Assembly: GCA_964361595.1 (NCBI GenBank)
Contig: CAYIAX010000001.1
Location: 32,100-96,099 of the forward strand
Direction of reading: 5' to 3'
Length of the DNA stretch: 64,000 nucleotides
Source: an uncultured Candidatus Saccharibacteria bacterium
GTDB taxonomy: Bacteria; Patescibacteriota; Minisyncoccia; UBA6257; 2-01-FULL-56-20
Shown here: positions 1-10,605 of the stretch, piece by piece
Numbering within the stretch: position 1 is the first letter of the stretch
Layout of the letters: each line of letters opens with the position of its first letter
The notes under the pieces: generated by a model
Database searches by the model: none
The model's input: the letters and a program-made list of their open reading frames with translations, nothing else
What the model was told of the DNA's origin: nothing
Made by a program: the position numbers and the translations under genes

Positions 1-1218
1 GTAAAAGGGTTAGATCCCAAAACAGGAGTGGACATTTTTCGTTCGCCCGACGATGCCCAGCCTTTTTCCGGCTTGGCCTTCAAGATTGCAACCGATCCTT
101 ATGTGGGTACGCTCACGTATTTCAGAAATTATTCCGGAGTGCTGAAGCGCGGTTCTTATGTTTTAAATGCGACCAAGGGCGAACAGGAGCGTATCGGCCG
201 CGTGGTTAGGATGCATGCGAACCAGCGCGAAGAAGTGGAAGAAGTTTATGCGGGCGAGATCGCCGCAATTGTGGGCTTGAAGAACACGACGACGGGCGAC
301 ACTTTGGCTGCGCCCGAAGCTCCGCTTATTTTGGAAAAAATCATCTTCCCCGAACCGGTGATTGGCATTCGGATCGAGCCGAAGACCAAAGCCGACCAGG
401 AAAAAATGGGTGTGGCTTTGCGTCGGCTCTCCGAGGAAGATCCGACTTTCCGCGTGAAAGGGGACGAGGAGACCGGCGAGACCATCATTCAGGGCATGGG
501 CGAGCTCCACCTCGAGATCATCGTGGACCGCATGAAGCGGGAATTTAACGTGGAGGCTAATGTCGGCCGCCCGCAGGTTGCTTACAAAGAAACCGTGACA
601 AGCGAAGCCGAAGCGGAAGGCAAGTACATCCGCCAGTCCGGCGGCCGCGGACAATACGGCCATGTTTGGGTGAAGGTGCGTCCGCTTGAGCGCGGCAAGG
701 GCTTTGAATTCTCAAATGCGATTAGGGGCGGCAGTATCCCGCAGGAATTTATTCCGGCGGTGGAAAAAGGCGTGAAGGAGGCGATTGATAGGGGCATCCA
801 GGCCGGTTATCCGGTCGTGGACGTCGAAGCCGAGCTTTTCGACGGTTCTTTCCATGAAGTCGACTCTTCAGAGGCGGCCTTTAAGATCGCCGGCTCCATC
901 GCTTTCCAGGAAGCCGCAAGGCGCGCCAAACCCGTAATTTTGGAGCCGATCATGAATGTGCAGGTCTTAGTTCCGCAGGATTTTTTGGGGGAAGTTACCG
1001 GAGATTTGAATTCGCGGCGGGGAAGAATTGAAACTTTGGGCGATCGCGGTACGGTGAAGGTAATTGACTGCAAAGTGCCGCTTTCCGAAATGTTCGGCTA
1101 TGCGACCCAGATTCGTTCGATGACGCAGGGGAGAGGAAGCTTCACGATGGAATTTTTTGCGCACGAACCGGTGCCGAAAAATATCGAACAACAAATTATC
1201 GAAGGGAAGCGGAAGTGA
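1..1218 (+). CDS. fusA: Elongation factor G, 5'-truncated by window edge
   Basis: Frame open from base 1; EF-G motifs [39 protein letters not shown]. Confidence 0.98.
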   Translation, partial: VKGLDPKTGVDIFRSPDDAQPFSGLAFKIATDPYVGTLTYFRNYSGVLKRGSYVLNATKGEQERIGRVVRMHANQREEVEEVYAGEIAAIVGLKNTTTGDTLAAPEAPLILEKIIFPEPVIGIRIEPKTKADQEKMGVALRRLSEEDPTFRVKGDEETGETIIQGMGELHLEIIVDRMKREFNVEANVGRPQVAYKETVTSEAEAEGKYIRQSGGRGQYGHVWVKVRPLERGKGFEFSNAIRGGSIPQEFIPAVEKGVKEAIDRGIQAGYPVVDVEAELFDGSFHEVDSSEAAFKIAGSIAFQEAARRAKPVILEPIMNVQVLVPQDFLGEVTGDLNSRRGRIETLGDRGTVKVIDCKVPLSEMFGYATQIRSMTQGRGSFTMEFFAHEPVPKNIEQQIIEGKRK

Positions 1219-1348
1219 ACCGGCAACTTGCGCTGGTTCGCTCATCCGGTGTGAACGCGCGCCGGATTTTTTTCGCGAAAAAACTTTGTCCTTGCCAAGG
1301 CAGGCGGTATCCTTTATATTTTTTAAATAGTACGAGGGAGGAGATGAA

Positions 1349-1714
1349 GTGGTCATCTTGCTGGTGGTCAATTACGAGAATCGTGCCATGCTCCAGAATC
1401 TTCTCCGCGGTCTTCCCGGAAAAGTTGTGGCGGTTACTTCACTGCGGGGGGCCGAAAGAAAATTCGATGCCCTGTCGGAAGTCGACGTGATAGTGCTGCA
1501 GCCCTGCATTGCGAGCTCTACTCCGAATACGGCGGAGTTCATAACGGACATAAAGCGAAAGGGGTTCTCCGGTAAGATCGTCGTCGTCTCCGACAACATA
1601 GGCCAACGGGGCACGCTTATCCGTGCAGGGTGTACGCAGGCTTGCAGTCCGTGCAACCTTTTCTGCACGGTCCTCGACGCTACCTTGGGACCGACTGCGA
1701 CAGTCATCCGCTAG
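1349..1714 (+). CDS. Atypical receiver (CheY-like) domain protein, phosphoacceptor Asp not evident
   Basis: Receiver-like spacing (ILLVV...DVIVLQ...IVVVS...AGC); SD GGAGGAG before GTG. Confidence 0.5.
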   Translation: MVILLVVNYENRAMLQNLLRGLPGKVVAVTSLRGAERKFDALSEVDVIVLQPCIASSTPNTAEFITDIKRKGFSGKIVVVSDNIGQRGTLIRAGCTQACSPCNLFCTVLDATLGPTATVIR

Positions 1715-1778
1715 AGTCGTTTTCTACGGCCCTTTTATTTTCGCCTTCATTTGGATTTTGAAATATAAGGCGAAAATA

Positions 1779-1833
1779 CCCTGCCGCCCCTTGGGGCGAG
1801 CCTCGCCGCAGGCGGGAGCTGTGTCGAGGGGTT
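1779..1833. repeat. Dispersed GC-rich intergenic repeat, second copy at about 61339-61394
   Basis: CCCTGCCGCCCCTTGGGGCGAGCCTCGCCGCAGGCGGGAGCTGTGTCGAGGGGTT versus CCCTGCCGTCCCTTTGGGGCGAGTCTCGCCACGGGCGGGAGCCGGGTCGAAGAGTT. Confidence 0.75.
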
Positions 1834-1847
1834 GCTTACTTGGACAT

Positions 1848-1876
1848 TTGACAGCCCGGCCGCCGTACCTTACAAT
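1848..1876 (+). promoter_or_regulatory. sigma70 promoter upstream of tuf
   Basis: TTGACA-17 bp-TACAAT. Confidence 0.75.
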
Positions 1877-1975
1877 CTGTAATTGTCGGAAAACAGCCTT
1901 GAGCTTTGAGGTTTCAGCTTTTAGAAAACGGCGCTAAAAGCCAAAAGCTAACACCTAAAAGCTTATAAAAAAAGC

Positions 1976-3175
1976 ATGGCGGAAAAAGAAAAGTTTTCAC
2001 GGGCGAAACCTCACGTGAATGTGGGGACAATCGGGCACGTTGACCACGGCAAGACAACCTTGACCGCGGCCATTACGCATGTGCTCTTTAAGAAAGGTCT
2101 GGCGAAAAAGGAGGAAGGAGTCGATCAGATTGACAATGCGCCGGAAGAAAAAGCGCGCGGCATTACGATCGCTCTGCATCATTCCGAATATGAATCGGAA
2201 AAACGCCACTACGCGCACATTGACGCGCCAGGGCACGCCGACTACATCAAAAACATGATCACGGGCGCCGCCCAGATGGATGGCGCGATTTTAGTTGTCG
2301 CGGCTACGGATGGCCCGATGCCGCAAACGCGGGAACATGTGCTTTTGGCTCGCCAGGTAGGCGTGCCGGCTATCGTGGTCTTCTTGAACAAAGTTGATCA
2401 AGTTGACGATCCGGAGTTGGTGGACTTGGTTGAATCCGAAGTCCGCGAACTTTTGAAGAAATATGAATTTCCTGGAGATCAAGTGCCGGTAATTCGCGGT
2501 TCGGCCTTAAAAGCCTTGAATTCTGCTTCGCTTGACGATGCGGATGTAAAGCCGATTCTCGATCTCGTGAAAGCCTTGGATGATTTCATCCCGGAGCCTG
2601 TGCGCGAGCTCGATAAGCCGTTTCTGATGCCGATCGAAGACATTTTCTCGATTGAAGGACGCGGCACGGTTGTAACCGGGCGCGTTGAGCGCGGTAAGGT
2701 GAAGGTAAACGAAGAAGTGGAAGCGGTTGGCCTGCGACCGACGCAAAAGACGGTCGTAACCGGCATTGAAATGTTCAACAAACTCCTGGATGAAGGCATG
2801 GCGGGCGACAACGTCGGTATCTTACTCCGCGGGCTTAAGAAAGAAGATGTGGAGCGGGGACAAGTAATCGCGAAGCCTGGTTCTGTGACCCCGCACACCG
2901 AATTTGAATGCGAAGTCTATGTGCTGTCCAAAGAGGAAGGCGGCCGGCATACGCCATTTTTCGCCGGTTATAAGCCGCAGTTCTACATCCGCACGACTGA
3001 CGTAACTGGCGAAGTAATTTTGCCCCAGGGCACGGAAATGGTCATGCCGGGGGATACGATTAAGCTCACAGCTAAACTCATCTCACCCGTGGCCTTGGAA
3101 GAAAAGCAAAGGTTCGCCGTCCGCGAAGGCGGCAAAACGGTTGGTGCAGGCGTGGTCACTAAAATCATTAAGTAA
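1976..3175 (+). CDS. tuf: Elongation factor Tu
   Basis: [36 protein letters not shown]. Confidence 0.99.
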   Translation: MAEKEKFSRAKPHVNVGTIGHVDHGKTTLTAAITHVLFKKGLAKKEEGVDQIDNAPEEKARGITIALHHSEYESEKRHYAHIDAPGHADYIKNMITGAAQMDGAILVVAATDGPMPQTREHVLLARQVGVPAIVVFLNKVDQVDDPELVDLVESEVRELLKKYEFPGDQVPVIRGSALKALNSASLDDADVKPILDLVKALDDFIPEPVRELDKPFLMPIEDIFSIEGRGTVVTGRVERGKVKVNEEVEAVGLRPTQKTVVTGIEMFNKLLDEGMAGDNVGILLRGLKKEDVERGQVIAKPGSVTPHTEFECEVYVLSKEEGGRHTPFFAGYKPQFYIRTTDVTGEVILPQGTEMVMPGDTIKLTAKLISPVALEEKQRFAVREGGKTVGAGVVTKIIK

Positions 3176-3242
3176 GGATATTAGCCACTGGGGTTTAGCC
3201 AATAGGGTGAACCCTAAACCCAAAACCCTAGACCCTTAAAAC

Positions 3243-3575
3243 ATGACCAAGAAGAAGGAAGCCGAAGTACCTCAAAAATTACGCCTGCGCATCCGAGCTT
3301 ACGATCACAAACTGATCGATAACTCCGCCCGGCAGATCATTGATACCGCCGAGCGCAACGATGCAAGAATCGTGGGACCGATCCCATTGCCCACGGAAAT
3401 CAAGCGGTATACGGTGAATCGCGCGACCTTCAAGTACAAGGACCATCGCGAGCAGTTCGAGCTGCGGGTCCACAAACGCCTGATCGATATCATGAATCCT
3501 TCGGCTAGGATTATCGAATCGCTCACGAATTTAAATCTGCCGGCCGGAGTGGATATTGAAATCAAAATAGTTTAA
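3243..3575 (+). CDS. rpsJ: 30S ribosomal protein S10
   Basis: [33 protein letters not shown]. Confidence 0.98.
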   Translation: MTKKKEAEVPQKLRLRIRAYDHKLIDNSARQIIDTAERNDARIVGPIPLPTEIKRYTVNRATFKYKDHREQFELRVHKRLIDIMNPSARIIESLTNLNLPAGVDIEIKIV

Positions 3576-3620
3576 TTTCAATTTAAATTAAGATAGTTTA
3601 AAGCAAGTGTAAGTAAGTAA

Positions 3621-3654
3621 AACAAAAAATCCCGTGTGAGGCGGGTTTTTTGTT
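3621..3654 (+). terminator. Intrinsic terminator after rpsJ
   Basis: AACAAAAAATCCCG...CGGGTTTTTTGTT stem with U tract. Confidence 0.65.
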
Positions 3655-3732
3655 GTAAGAAGTCATCCCTCGACGCTGCTCAGGATGAAAAAAATCATTG
3701 CCAAGCTCAAAATTCAATGCTAGGGTTAGCCT

Positions 3733-4944
3733 ATGCGCCAATCCCAACTCTTCACGAAAACCGAGCGGAACGCGCCCCAAGACGAAATTGCTTTAAACGC
3801 TCAACTTTTAGCGCGGGGCGGTTTTGTTTATAAGAATTCCGCGGGGGTTTACTCATTTCTACCCTTGGGCTGGCGCGTCATCCAGAAAATTACGCAAATC
3901 GTCCGTGAAGAAATGAACGCCATCGGCGGCGTGGAAATGTTCATGCCGGCATTAATAGATAAAAAATATATGGAAATGACTGGCCGTTGGGATATCAGCA
4001 TTGATTTTCAAACAAAGAGTAGGTACGGAGGCGAATTCGCTTTGGGCTGGACACACGAAGAATTGTTAACCGAAGTTGTTACTAAATATATCAGCTCTTA
4101 TCGCGATTTACCCTTCTCCGCTTACCAAATTCAGACAAAATTCCGGGATGAGAAACGGCCAAAATCAGGCATCCTACGAGGCCGGGAATTTATGATGAAA
4201 GACCTTTATAGTTTTCACCAGAGCCAAGCTGATCTGGACCGTTTTTATGAAAAGGTAGCAAAAGCTTATGCAAAAATTTTTGAGCGCTGCGGATTTAAAG
4301 CAATTTATACGCTCGCGGCCGGGGGAGATTTTACAAAAAGCTATACGCACGAATTCCAGGTTCTCGCGCCTGTCGGAGAAGATACGATATTCTTATGCGA
4401 AAAATGCGATTACGCTGAAAACCAGGAAATATCTGAACTTAAGGATGACTCGGGGTGTACCAAATGCGGCGGCAAAATAAAAGAAGCAAAGGCGATTGAG
4501 GTTGGGAACATATTCCCCCTCGGAACCAAGTTTTCGGAAGCCTTCGATCTCAAATTTCTCAATGAAAAAGGCGAGAAAGAGCTGGTAGTTATGGGGTCTT
4601 ACGGTATCGGCATCGGCCGCTTAATGGGTACGGCGGTAGAGCTTTTTCATGACGACCACGGCATCATCTGGCCCAAAGCGATCGCGCCGTTCGCGGTGCA
4701 TTTGATCGAGCTTGAGGGCGGCAAAGGTGAAGAGATTTATCACGATTTACAAAAACGGGGCGTTGAAGTACTGTATGACGAAAGAACGCTTTCCGCAGGC
4801 GAAAAGTTCGCCGATGCTGACCTTTTGGGCATCCCAGTCCGCTTGGTCACGAGCGCGAAGACGGGAGAGAAGCTCGAGCTAAAATTGCGGAATGAATCAG
4901 AAGTAAAGCTTATGACCTTGGACGAATTAAGCAACCAATTATGA
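3733..4944 (+). CDS. proS: Prolyl-tRNA synthetase, short form without INS editing domain
   Basis: THEE, YQIQTKFRDEKRP, REFMMKDLYSF, IEVGNIF, MGSYGIG; 403 aa. Confidence 0.95.
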   Translation: MRQSQLFTKTERNAPQDEIALNAQLLARGGFVYKNSAGVYSFLPLGWRVIQKITQIVREEMNAIGGVEMFMPALIDKKYMEMTGRWDISIDFQTKSRYGGEFALGWTHEELLTEVVTKYISSYRDLPFSAYQIQTKFRDEKRPKSGILRGREFMMKDLYSFHQSQADLDRFYEKVAKAYAKIFERCGFKAIYTLAAGGDFTKSYTHEFQVLAPVGEDTIFLCEKCDYAENQEISELKDDSGCTKCGGKIKEAKAIEVGNIFPLGTKFSEAFDLKFLNEKGEKELVVMGSYGIGIGRLMGTAVELFHDDHGIIWPKAIAPFAVHLIELEGGKGEEIYHDLQKRGVEVLYDERTLSAGEKFADADLLGIPVRLVTSAKTGEKLELKLRNESEVKLMTLDELSNQL

Positions 4945-5987
4945 TGATTTTCAGCCATTTTTTAAGGGATTTGGGCATAGACCTTGGCACCGCCAATTCG
5001 CTAATTTATGTGCGCAACCGCGGGCTTGTGATTAACGAGCCGTCGGTGGCGGCCGTAAATACCAAAACCAATCATATTCTTGCTGTTGGCGAAGAAGCGA
5101 AAAAGATGCTGGGACGGACACCGGCACATATCAATGTCGTGCGTCCGCTCGTGAACGGCGTGATTTCGAACTTTGAAATGACACAGGAGATGTTGCGGCA
5201 CTTTTTGCGCCGCCTGCAGGGCAAAGCGATGTTCTCGGGCTACCGCCGCGCGATCTTGGCGATCCCCAATAATTTGACCGAAGTCGAAAGAAAGTCCGTG
5301 GAAGACGTGGCCTTGAATGTCGGCTGCACAAAAGTTTACTTAGTTGAAGAACCGGTGGCGGCCGCTTTGGGGGCGAACCTGCCGATCGACACGCCGACCG
5401 CCAATCTCGTTATTGATATCGGTGGCGGCACGACCGATATCGCCGTAATCTCGATGGGTGGTACCGTGGTCTCGAAGACCCTGAAGGTGGCCGGCGACAA
5501 ATTGAACGAGGACATCATGCGGTTCGTGCGCGATGAATTCAAACTTGTGATCGGAGAGCCGACAGCCGAAATGGCGAAGATCGCCGTCGGTTCGGCCGCG
5601 CCGATCGACAGCCGCCTCGAGATCCCGATCCGCGGACGCGATTTAAGCACGGGCTTGCCGCGCGAAGTCATGATCAAAAATAACCATATACGCATGGCCA
5701 TTGGCAAATCCCTGCGTTACATCGTGGATTCCATCCATGAAGTGATCGAATCGACCCCGCCCGAACTCGCGGGCGATACCTTGAAGCAGGGAATTTGTCT
5801 TTGCGGCGGAGGAGCCCTTTTGCGCGGCTTGGACCAGGTGATCGAAAAAGAAACGGGGGTCGCGACCCAGATCGCCGAGGATCCCTTGACCTGCGTGGCC
5901 CGCGGCTTGGGGCAAATCGTGGACAATTTCGATCACCACCGCGAACTTTTGGATAATCCCTTGAAACCGCTCGTGATCAACCTCTAA
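4941..5987 (+). CDS. mreB: Rod shape-determining protein MreB
   Basis: GIDLGTAN, EPVAAA, DIGGGTTD, GGGALL. Confidence 0.96.
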   Translation: MMIFSHFLRDLGIDLGTANSLIYVRNRGLVINEPSVAAVNTKTNHILAVGEEAKKMLGRTPAHINVVRPLVNGVISNFEMTQEMLRHFLRRLQGKAMFSGYRRAILAIPNNLTEVERKSVEDVALNVGCTKVYLVEEPVAAALGANLPIDTPTANLVIDIGGGTTDIAVISMGGTVVSKTLKVAGDKLNEDIMRFVRDEFKLVIGEPTAEMAKIAVGSAAPIDSRLEIPIRGRDLSTGLPREVMIKNNHIRMAIGKSLRYIVDSIHEVIESTPPELAGDTLKQGICLCGGGALLRGLDQVIEKETGVATQIAEDPLTCVARGLGQIVDNFDHHRELLDNPLKPLVINL

Positions 5988-5989
5988 TG

Positions 5990-6095
5990 ATCCCGTTAGA
6001 AATCACGCGAATAAAATTTCAAATTACAATGGGATATCACCTTAAATCAGAAATTGCAACAGTCGTTTTGTCGGAAGTCTTATTTCTAACGGGAT
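5990..6095. repeat. Short element with 14-bp terminal inverted repeats (MITE-like)
   Basis: ATCCCGTTAGAAAT (5990-6003) and ATTTCTAACGGGAT (6082-6095). Confidence 0.7.
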
Positions 6096-6100
6096 GAGCT

Positions 6101-6784
6101 ATGCGCTTAAATGTCTTGCTTCCAATTGCGCTCGCGGTTCTAAGCCTTATTCTAATCTTTAATTTCCCGACCGCCAGCAAATTCCAGCGCGCGCTTTCTT
6201 TAGGCGCCGGCGGCGAGGCGGACTATGCGACCAAGTTGCGGATCGAAAACGACGCTTTGCGCGCGGAACTAGCGCTCCTCCAAAGCATCAAGGACAGATT
6301 GCCTGTAGCGAACGCCAAGTTTCAAACTGCTTTGGTTTACTCTCGTTATCCCTTTAATTTCAAAAAAGAATTCGTTATTAATGCTGGCGCAAATTCGGGG
6401 GTTGCGCCCGGAGCAGCCATTCTTATAAGCGGCGGTGGAGCCGAATCTTTGTTCGTGGGCAGGGTGAAAGATGTCTACGAAACGACCGCTGTCGTCCAAA
6501 CGATTTTCGATGCCGGAGCCCAGACAGCCGTGCGGGTAGGTAATTCCGGAGTAGAAGCGCTCTTGAAGGGCGGCAATGAGCCGACCGTGATTTTAATCCC
6601 GAAGGAAGCGGTAATCCAAGCTGGCGACCCTGTCTACGTCGTGGAAGCCGGCGCGCCTTTGGGGATCGCGGTGGGCTCCATTGGCGAGCTTAAATTCTCG
6701 AGCGATCAGTTTTTTAAAGAAGCGACCCTGCGTTTGAGTTATGACCTGCCCGCCATCGAGGTCGTGAACGTCGAACTTAAATAA
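6101..6784 (+). CDS. mreC: Rod shape-determining protein MreC
   Basis: N-terminal TM plus coiled coil (LRIENDALRAEL), INAG..GV; follows mreB. Confidence 0.85.
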   Translation: MRLNVLLPIALAVLSLILIFNFPTASKFQRALSLGAGGEADYATKLRIENDALRAELALLQSIKDRLPVANAKFQTALVYSRYPFNFKKEFVINAGANSGVAPGAAILISGGGAESLFVGRVKDVYETTAVVQTIFDAGAQTAVRVGNSGVEALLKGGNEPTVILIPKEAVIQAGDPVYVVEAGAPLGIAVGSIGELKFSSDQFFKEATLRLSYDLPAIEVVNVELK

Positions 6785-7248
6785 TGCGTTCGAAACTTAT
6801 TTTTACCGGTTGCCTGGTGCTCGTTCTGGGAACCGCTTTGCAGGTTTTAAGTCTAGGGTGGCTTGGCTGGTCGGCGGATTTCGTGCTTATCGCTCTCCTC
6901 GCTTTTGGTCCGTGGGCGCGCTTCAAGGAATTTATTTTGTTTTTACTCATCGGAGCCGCGGTTTTAAGCTGGCGGCCGGGAGTAAGCTACGAAATTTTGC
7001 TCGTCGCCGGCGTGCCGCTTTTCTTCTTTGCGGTGGAAAAAATCTTTCCGTGGCATGTTTGGATAAATTTCATCATCTCCCTTATTCTGGGCACAGTTGT
7101 TTTTTATTTGCTCCTGGGCCAGCAGATGATTTTCTTGGAATGGGCAGTTTTACTAAAGGTACTTTTCTTAAATTTGCTTTGGGGCAGCGCGCTCTTCATT
7201 TTTTTAGGCCGTAAATTTGCTCCGCGCGGCGAGCGCATGTTTGTCTGA
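6784..7248 (+). CDS. mreD: MreD-like integral membrane protein
   Basis: About 5 TM segments; lies between mreC and pbp2. Confidence 0.6.
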   Translation: MRSKLIFTGCLVLVLGTALQVLSLGWLGWSADFVLIALLAFGPWARFKEFILFLLIGAAVLSWRPGVSYEILLVAGVPLFFFAVEKIFPWHVWINFIISLILGTVVFYLLLGQQMIFLEWAVLLKVLFLNLLWGSALFIFLGRKFAPRGERMFV

Positions 7249-9113
7249 TGGACGACAAAGAATTGGTTTTCGAAGAATCATTAAGCAGTGAATGGTCCGG
7301 CGACTTCGATGTGGTTGAGGTTCCCTTGAACGAGCGGCCGCTTTTTTTCGTCGGCATCGTGATTTTGGCGCTGGGGCTCATTGTAGGCATCCGCGTGGCT
7401 TATTTGGGTATCATCCGCGGCAATTTTTATGCCAAGCGGGCGGAAGCGAATGTAAGCTATGTTCGCCGGATCCCGGCGCCCCGCGGCCTTATCCTTGATG
7501 TTCGAGGAAAGGTTCTCGCTGAAAACAGGGCGGTTTTTTCGGCAGCCTTGAATCTGCGGGAATTTTTAAAGCAGAAAAAATACGAGGCAGAAACTTTGAG
7601 CGTGATTGAAGAGGTACTTGGGATCCCCCAGGCGGACGTGTTAACCATGATTAAGGATCGGAATTTGGAATTTTTATCCGAACCTCTGTTGCTTACAGCA
7701 GAACTTACGCAGCCGCAGATCGTGGCCCTAAAGAGCAAATCACTGCCTACGCTTGCCGTGGTAGACAACTTCCAGCGTGAATACCCCGGCGGCGAAATTT
7801 TTTCTTCGATCTTGGGTTATATCGGCCTGCCGACCAAGGAGGATCTCAAACGGAACGCTAATTTGGACGGGCAGGATATGGTCGGCAAAACAGGGCTCGA
7901 AAGTTTTTATGACGAACGCCTGCGGGGCAGGCCGGGGGCCGCCGTTAAAACCCGTGACGCTAAAGGGAATATTTTGAGCGAAGAAGAGAAAACCGATGCT
8001 AAAATTGGGGCTCCCTTGGAGCTTACGATCGACGCGGAGCTGCAGGAATATTTTTATGAACGGTTTCGCGAAGGGTTAATTTCTCTAGGGAGGACTTCCG
8101 GCGTTGGCTTGGCCTTGAACCCCCAAAATGGCGAAATACTTTCACTCATCAATTTCCCGGCTTATGACAACAATATTTTTACTCACTCTGGCAATTCGGA
8201 GGCGAAGAAAAACGTGCTCACATCGTCCGCGCGTCCGCTTTTTAATCGGGCGGTGAGCGGTCTTTACTCTCCCGGTTCGACGATTAAGCCTTTGGTTGCT
8301 ACCGCCGCTTTGACCGAAGGCGTGGTCACGCCGCAGAAGAGCGTTTTCTCGCCGGGGTATTTGGACGTGCCGAATCCTTATGACCCGGACCAGCCCACCA
8401 GATTTCTTGACTGGCGTTTTCAGGGCAATGTGAATGCGGCCTCCGCGATTGCGCAGTCCTCGAACGTATATTTTTATGCGGTCGGCGGCGGCGCTTTTGA
8501 CATCAAGGGCTTGGGAATCTCGCGCCTGCGCGAGTGGTGGCAGAAATTTCATTTGGGCGAAGCAACCGGCATTGATTTGCCCGGAGAGGCCAAGGGATTT
8601 CTGCCTTCGCCGGAATGGAAAGAAAAAGCGAGCGGCAAGGCCTGGCTTTTGGGTGACACATATAACGTGGCGATCGGGCAGGGAGATTTGATTATTACCC
8701 CCGTCCAGCTTTTGAGCTACATCGGCGCTATGGCTAACGGCGGGAAAATTTGGCGGCCAGTTATTGTGAAGACAGACGAGCACGAGGTCATTGCCGATGT
8801 AACTTTTGCTAAGCCCGCGATTGAAGAAGTGCAAAGGGGAATGATCTCTGCGATTACGGCGCCCATGGGCACTGCCCATTTATTGGCCGACTTGCCGATG
8901 GCTGTTGCCGGCAAAACCGGAAGCGCACAGATCCAAAACAAAGCTGCGGAAAACGCTTTTTTTGTGGGTTATGCACCCGCCGATCCGGCCTCTGGGCCGC
9001 CGCAAATTGCCATCCTGATCCTGGTTGAAAATTCGAAACAAGGGAGTTTAAATGCAGTCCCGATCGCCAAAGACGTACTCCGCTGGTATTACGAGCATCG
9101 AGTCAAAAAATAG
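7248..9113 (+). CDS. mrdA: Penicillin-binding protein 2 (class B transpeptidase)
   Basis: APRGLI.D, GK.GLE..YD, STIK, SSN and KTG motifs. Confidence 0.93.
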   Translation: MDDKELVFEESLSSEWSGDFDVVEVPLNERPLFFVGIVILALGLIVGIRVAYLGIIRGNFYAKRAEANVSYVRRIPAPRGLILDVRGKVLAENRAVFSAALNLREFLKQKKYEAETLSVIEEVLGIPQADVLTMIKDRNLEFLSEPLLLTAELTQPQIVALKSKSLPTLAVVDNFQREYPGGEIFSSILGYIGLPTKEDLKRNANLDGQDMVGKTGLESFYDERLRGRPGAAVKTRDAKGNILSEEEKTDAKIGAPLELTIDAELQEYFYERFREGLISLGRTSGVGLALNPQNGEILSLINFPAYDNNIFTHSGNSEAKKNVLTSSARPLFNRAVSGLYSPGSTIKPLVATAALTEGVVTPQKSVFSPGYLDVPNPYDPDQPTRFLDWRFQGNVNAASAIAQSSNVYFYAVGGGAFDIKGLGISRLREWWQKFHLGEATGIDLPGEAKGFLPSPEWKEKASGKAWLLGDTYNVAIGQGDLIITPVQLLSYIGAMANGGKIWRPVIVKTDEHEVIADVTFAKPAIEEVQRGMISAITAPMGTAHLLADLPMAVAGKTGSAQIQNKAAENAFFVGYAPADPASGPPQIAILILVENSKQGSLNAVPIAKDVLRWYYEHRVKK

Positions 9114-9127
9114 TATATAATTAAGGC

Positions 9128-9295
9128 ATGGACAGCCTGATGGGGCTTCTGGTCGTCGTCCTCATAATTCTGGCGATAGTGCTCGTTTTCGAGGTCGCAA
9201 GCCTATACCGGAAAGTGCGCAAGCTCCGCAAGGTAATTATCGATCTCGAGGGCGACGAAGAAGAAGTCCATGAAGTTGGCAGAAACGGGGATTAA
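9128..9295 (+). CDS. Small single-TM protein, 55 aa (not in ORF track)
   Basis: MDSLMGLLVVVLIILAIVLVFEVASLYRKVRKLRK...; TATAAT 6 nt before ATG. Confidence 0.6.
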   Translation: MDSLMGLLVVVLIILAIVLVFEVASLYRKVRKLRKVIIDLEGDEEEVHEVGRNGD

Positions 9296-9597
9296 TCCCT
9301 CACCCTTGAAGCATCTGGTTATGTTTTTCGTTTATCTTTTAAAAGGTCTAAACAGATGAACCAAGGCAGGGAATTCTATATTGGTTTTGCTGAAGATTTA
9401 AAAAAGAGAATAGAAAAACATAACCAGGGACTGGTTCAAACAACAAGGAATATGAGACCATTAGAATTGCTGTACTGTGAAATTTATAAATCAAAAAAGG
9501 ATGCCCTGCTCCGTGAAAAGCGATTGAAGCAATTTGCCAAAGGATTCGCTTCGCTAAAGAGTCGGCTTCGTTATTCAATGCTTCAAGGGTGAGGGAT
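9295..9597. mobile_element. GIY-YIG cassette with perfect 20-bp terminal inverted repeats
   Basis: ATCCCTCACCCTTGAAGCAT (9295-9314) and ATGCTTCAAGGGTGAGGGAT (9578-9597). Confidence 0.6.
9321..9592 (+). pseudogene. GIY-YIG nuclease, apparently frameshifted near 9350
   Basis: MFFVYLLKG from 9321 is in a different frame from FYIG...DLKKRIEKHN...REKRLK (9356-9592). Confidence 0.7.
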
Positions 9598-10588
9598 GAG
9601 CGAATTCCGCGAAGATGTCGTATCCGGCGATTGGATTATCGTCGCGCCGGAGCGGGCCAAACGCCCGCACGAATTTTTAAAAAAGCGGGTAAAGCGCGTG
9701 CCTGCGGATCGCGCGACTTGTCCTTTTGAAAATCTGGAAAAATCCGGGAATTGGCCGCCGATCTTAAGTTGGCCGAACGAGAAAACCTGGCGGAACGTAG
9801 TAGTTCCAAATAAGTATCCGGCGCTCAAACACGAAAAGCTGTGCGTGTTTTCGATTCCCAAGGGTCCCTATCATTATTTTGAAGGCGCCGGCCATCATGA
9901 TTTGCTTATTTCACGCGATCATAAAAAAACCTTGGCAGATCTAACGGTGACGGAGGGAACCGAACTCCTACAGCTCCTACAAAAAAGGTACTTGATGCTC
10001 GCGGGGGACAAATGCCTGCTTTACGCTTCGACTTTCTTCAATTGGGGCGAAAGTGTCGGCGCTTCTCTTTACCACCCGCACTATCAGATTTTAACTTTAC
10101 CGATTATCCCGCCCGATATTTTGCATTCTTTGACCGGATCGCAAAAATATTTTAAAACCCATCGCCGGTGCGTGCATTGCGACATGCTCGCCTTCGAACG
10201 CAGGGCAAAATCGCGCGTCGTAGCGGCCGTAAAGGGAGCCGTAGCCATCGCGCCTTATGTTTCGCGCCAGCCATTTGAAATAAGGATTTATCCCACTGCC
10301 CACACTCCCTTTTTCGAGAAAACTAGCGAAGCATCTTTGCGCGCGGTCGTTGCGGTTTTGAGGGCAACCCTGCGGAAAATGCGTTCCGGCCTCCGCGACC
10401 CGGATTTGAACTTTTTCATTCATACAGCGCCCTTAAAGCAGCAGGAAAAATATGGTTACTATCACTGGCATATCGAAGTTTTGCCCAAAATCACGATCCC
10501 GGGCGGCTTCGAGCTTTCGACTGGAATTGATATTAATGTCATTGATCCCGATCGCGCCGCTCGGCTCTTGCGAAAAGCTCAAAGCTAA
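9596..10588 (+). CDS. galT: GalT-family (HIT superfamily) nucleotidyltransferase
   Basis: CPFE, VVPNKYPA, GASLYHPHYQ, YHWHIE, GGFE..TG. Confidence 0.85.
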   Translation: MSEFREDVVSGDWIIVAPERAKRPHEFLKKRVKRVPADRATCPFENLEKSGNWPPILSWPNEKTWRNVVVPNKYPALKHEKLCVFSIPKGPYHYFEGAGHHDLLISRDHKKTLADLTVTEGTELLQLLQKRYLMLAGDKCLLYASTFFNWGESVGASLYHPHYQILTLPIIPPDILHSLTGSQKYFKTHRRCVHCDMLAFERRAKSRVVAAVKGAVAIAPYVSRQPFEIRIYPTAHTPFFEKTSEASLRAVVAVLRATLRKMRSGLRDPDLNFFIHTAPLKQQEKYGYYHWHIEVLPKITIPGGFELSTGIDINVIDPDRAARLLRKAQS

Positions 10589-10605
10589 GGGTAGGCTTAA
10601 CGAAC

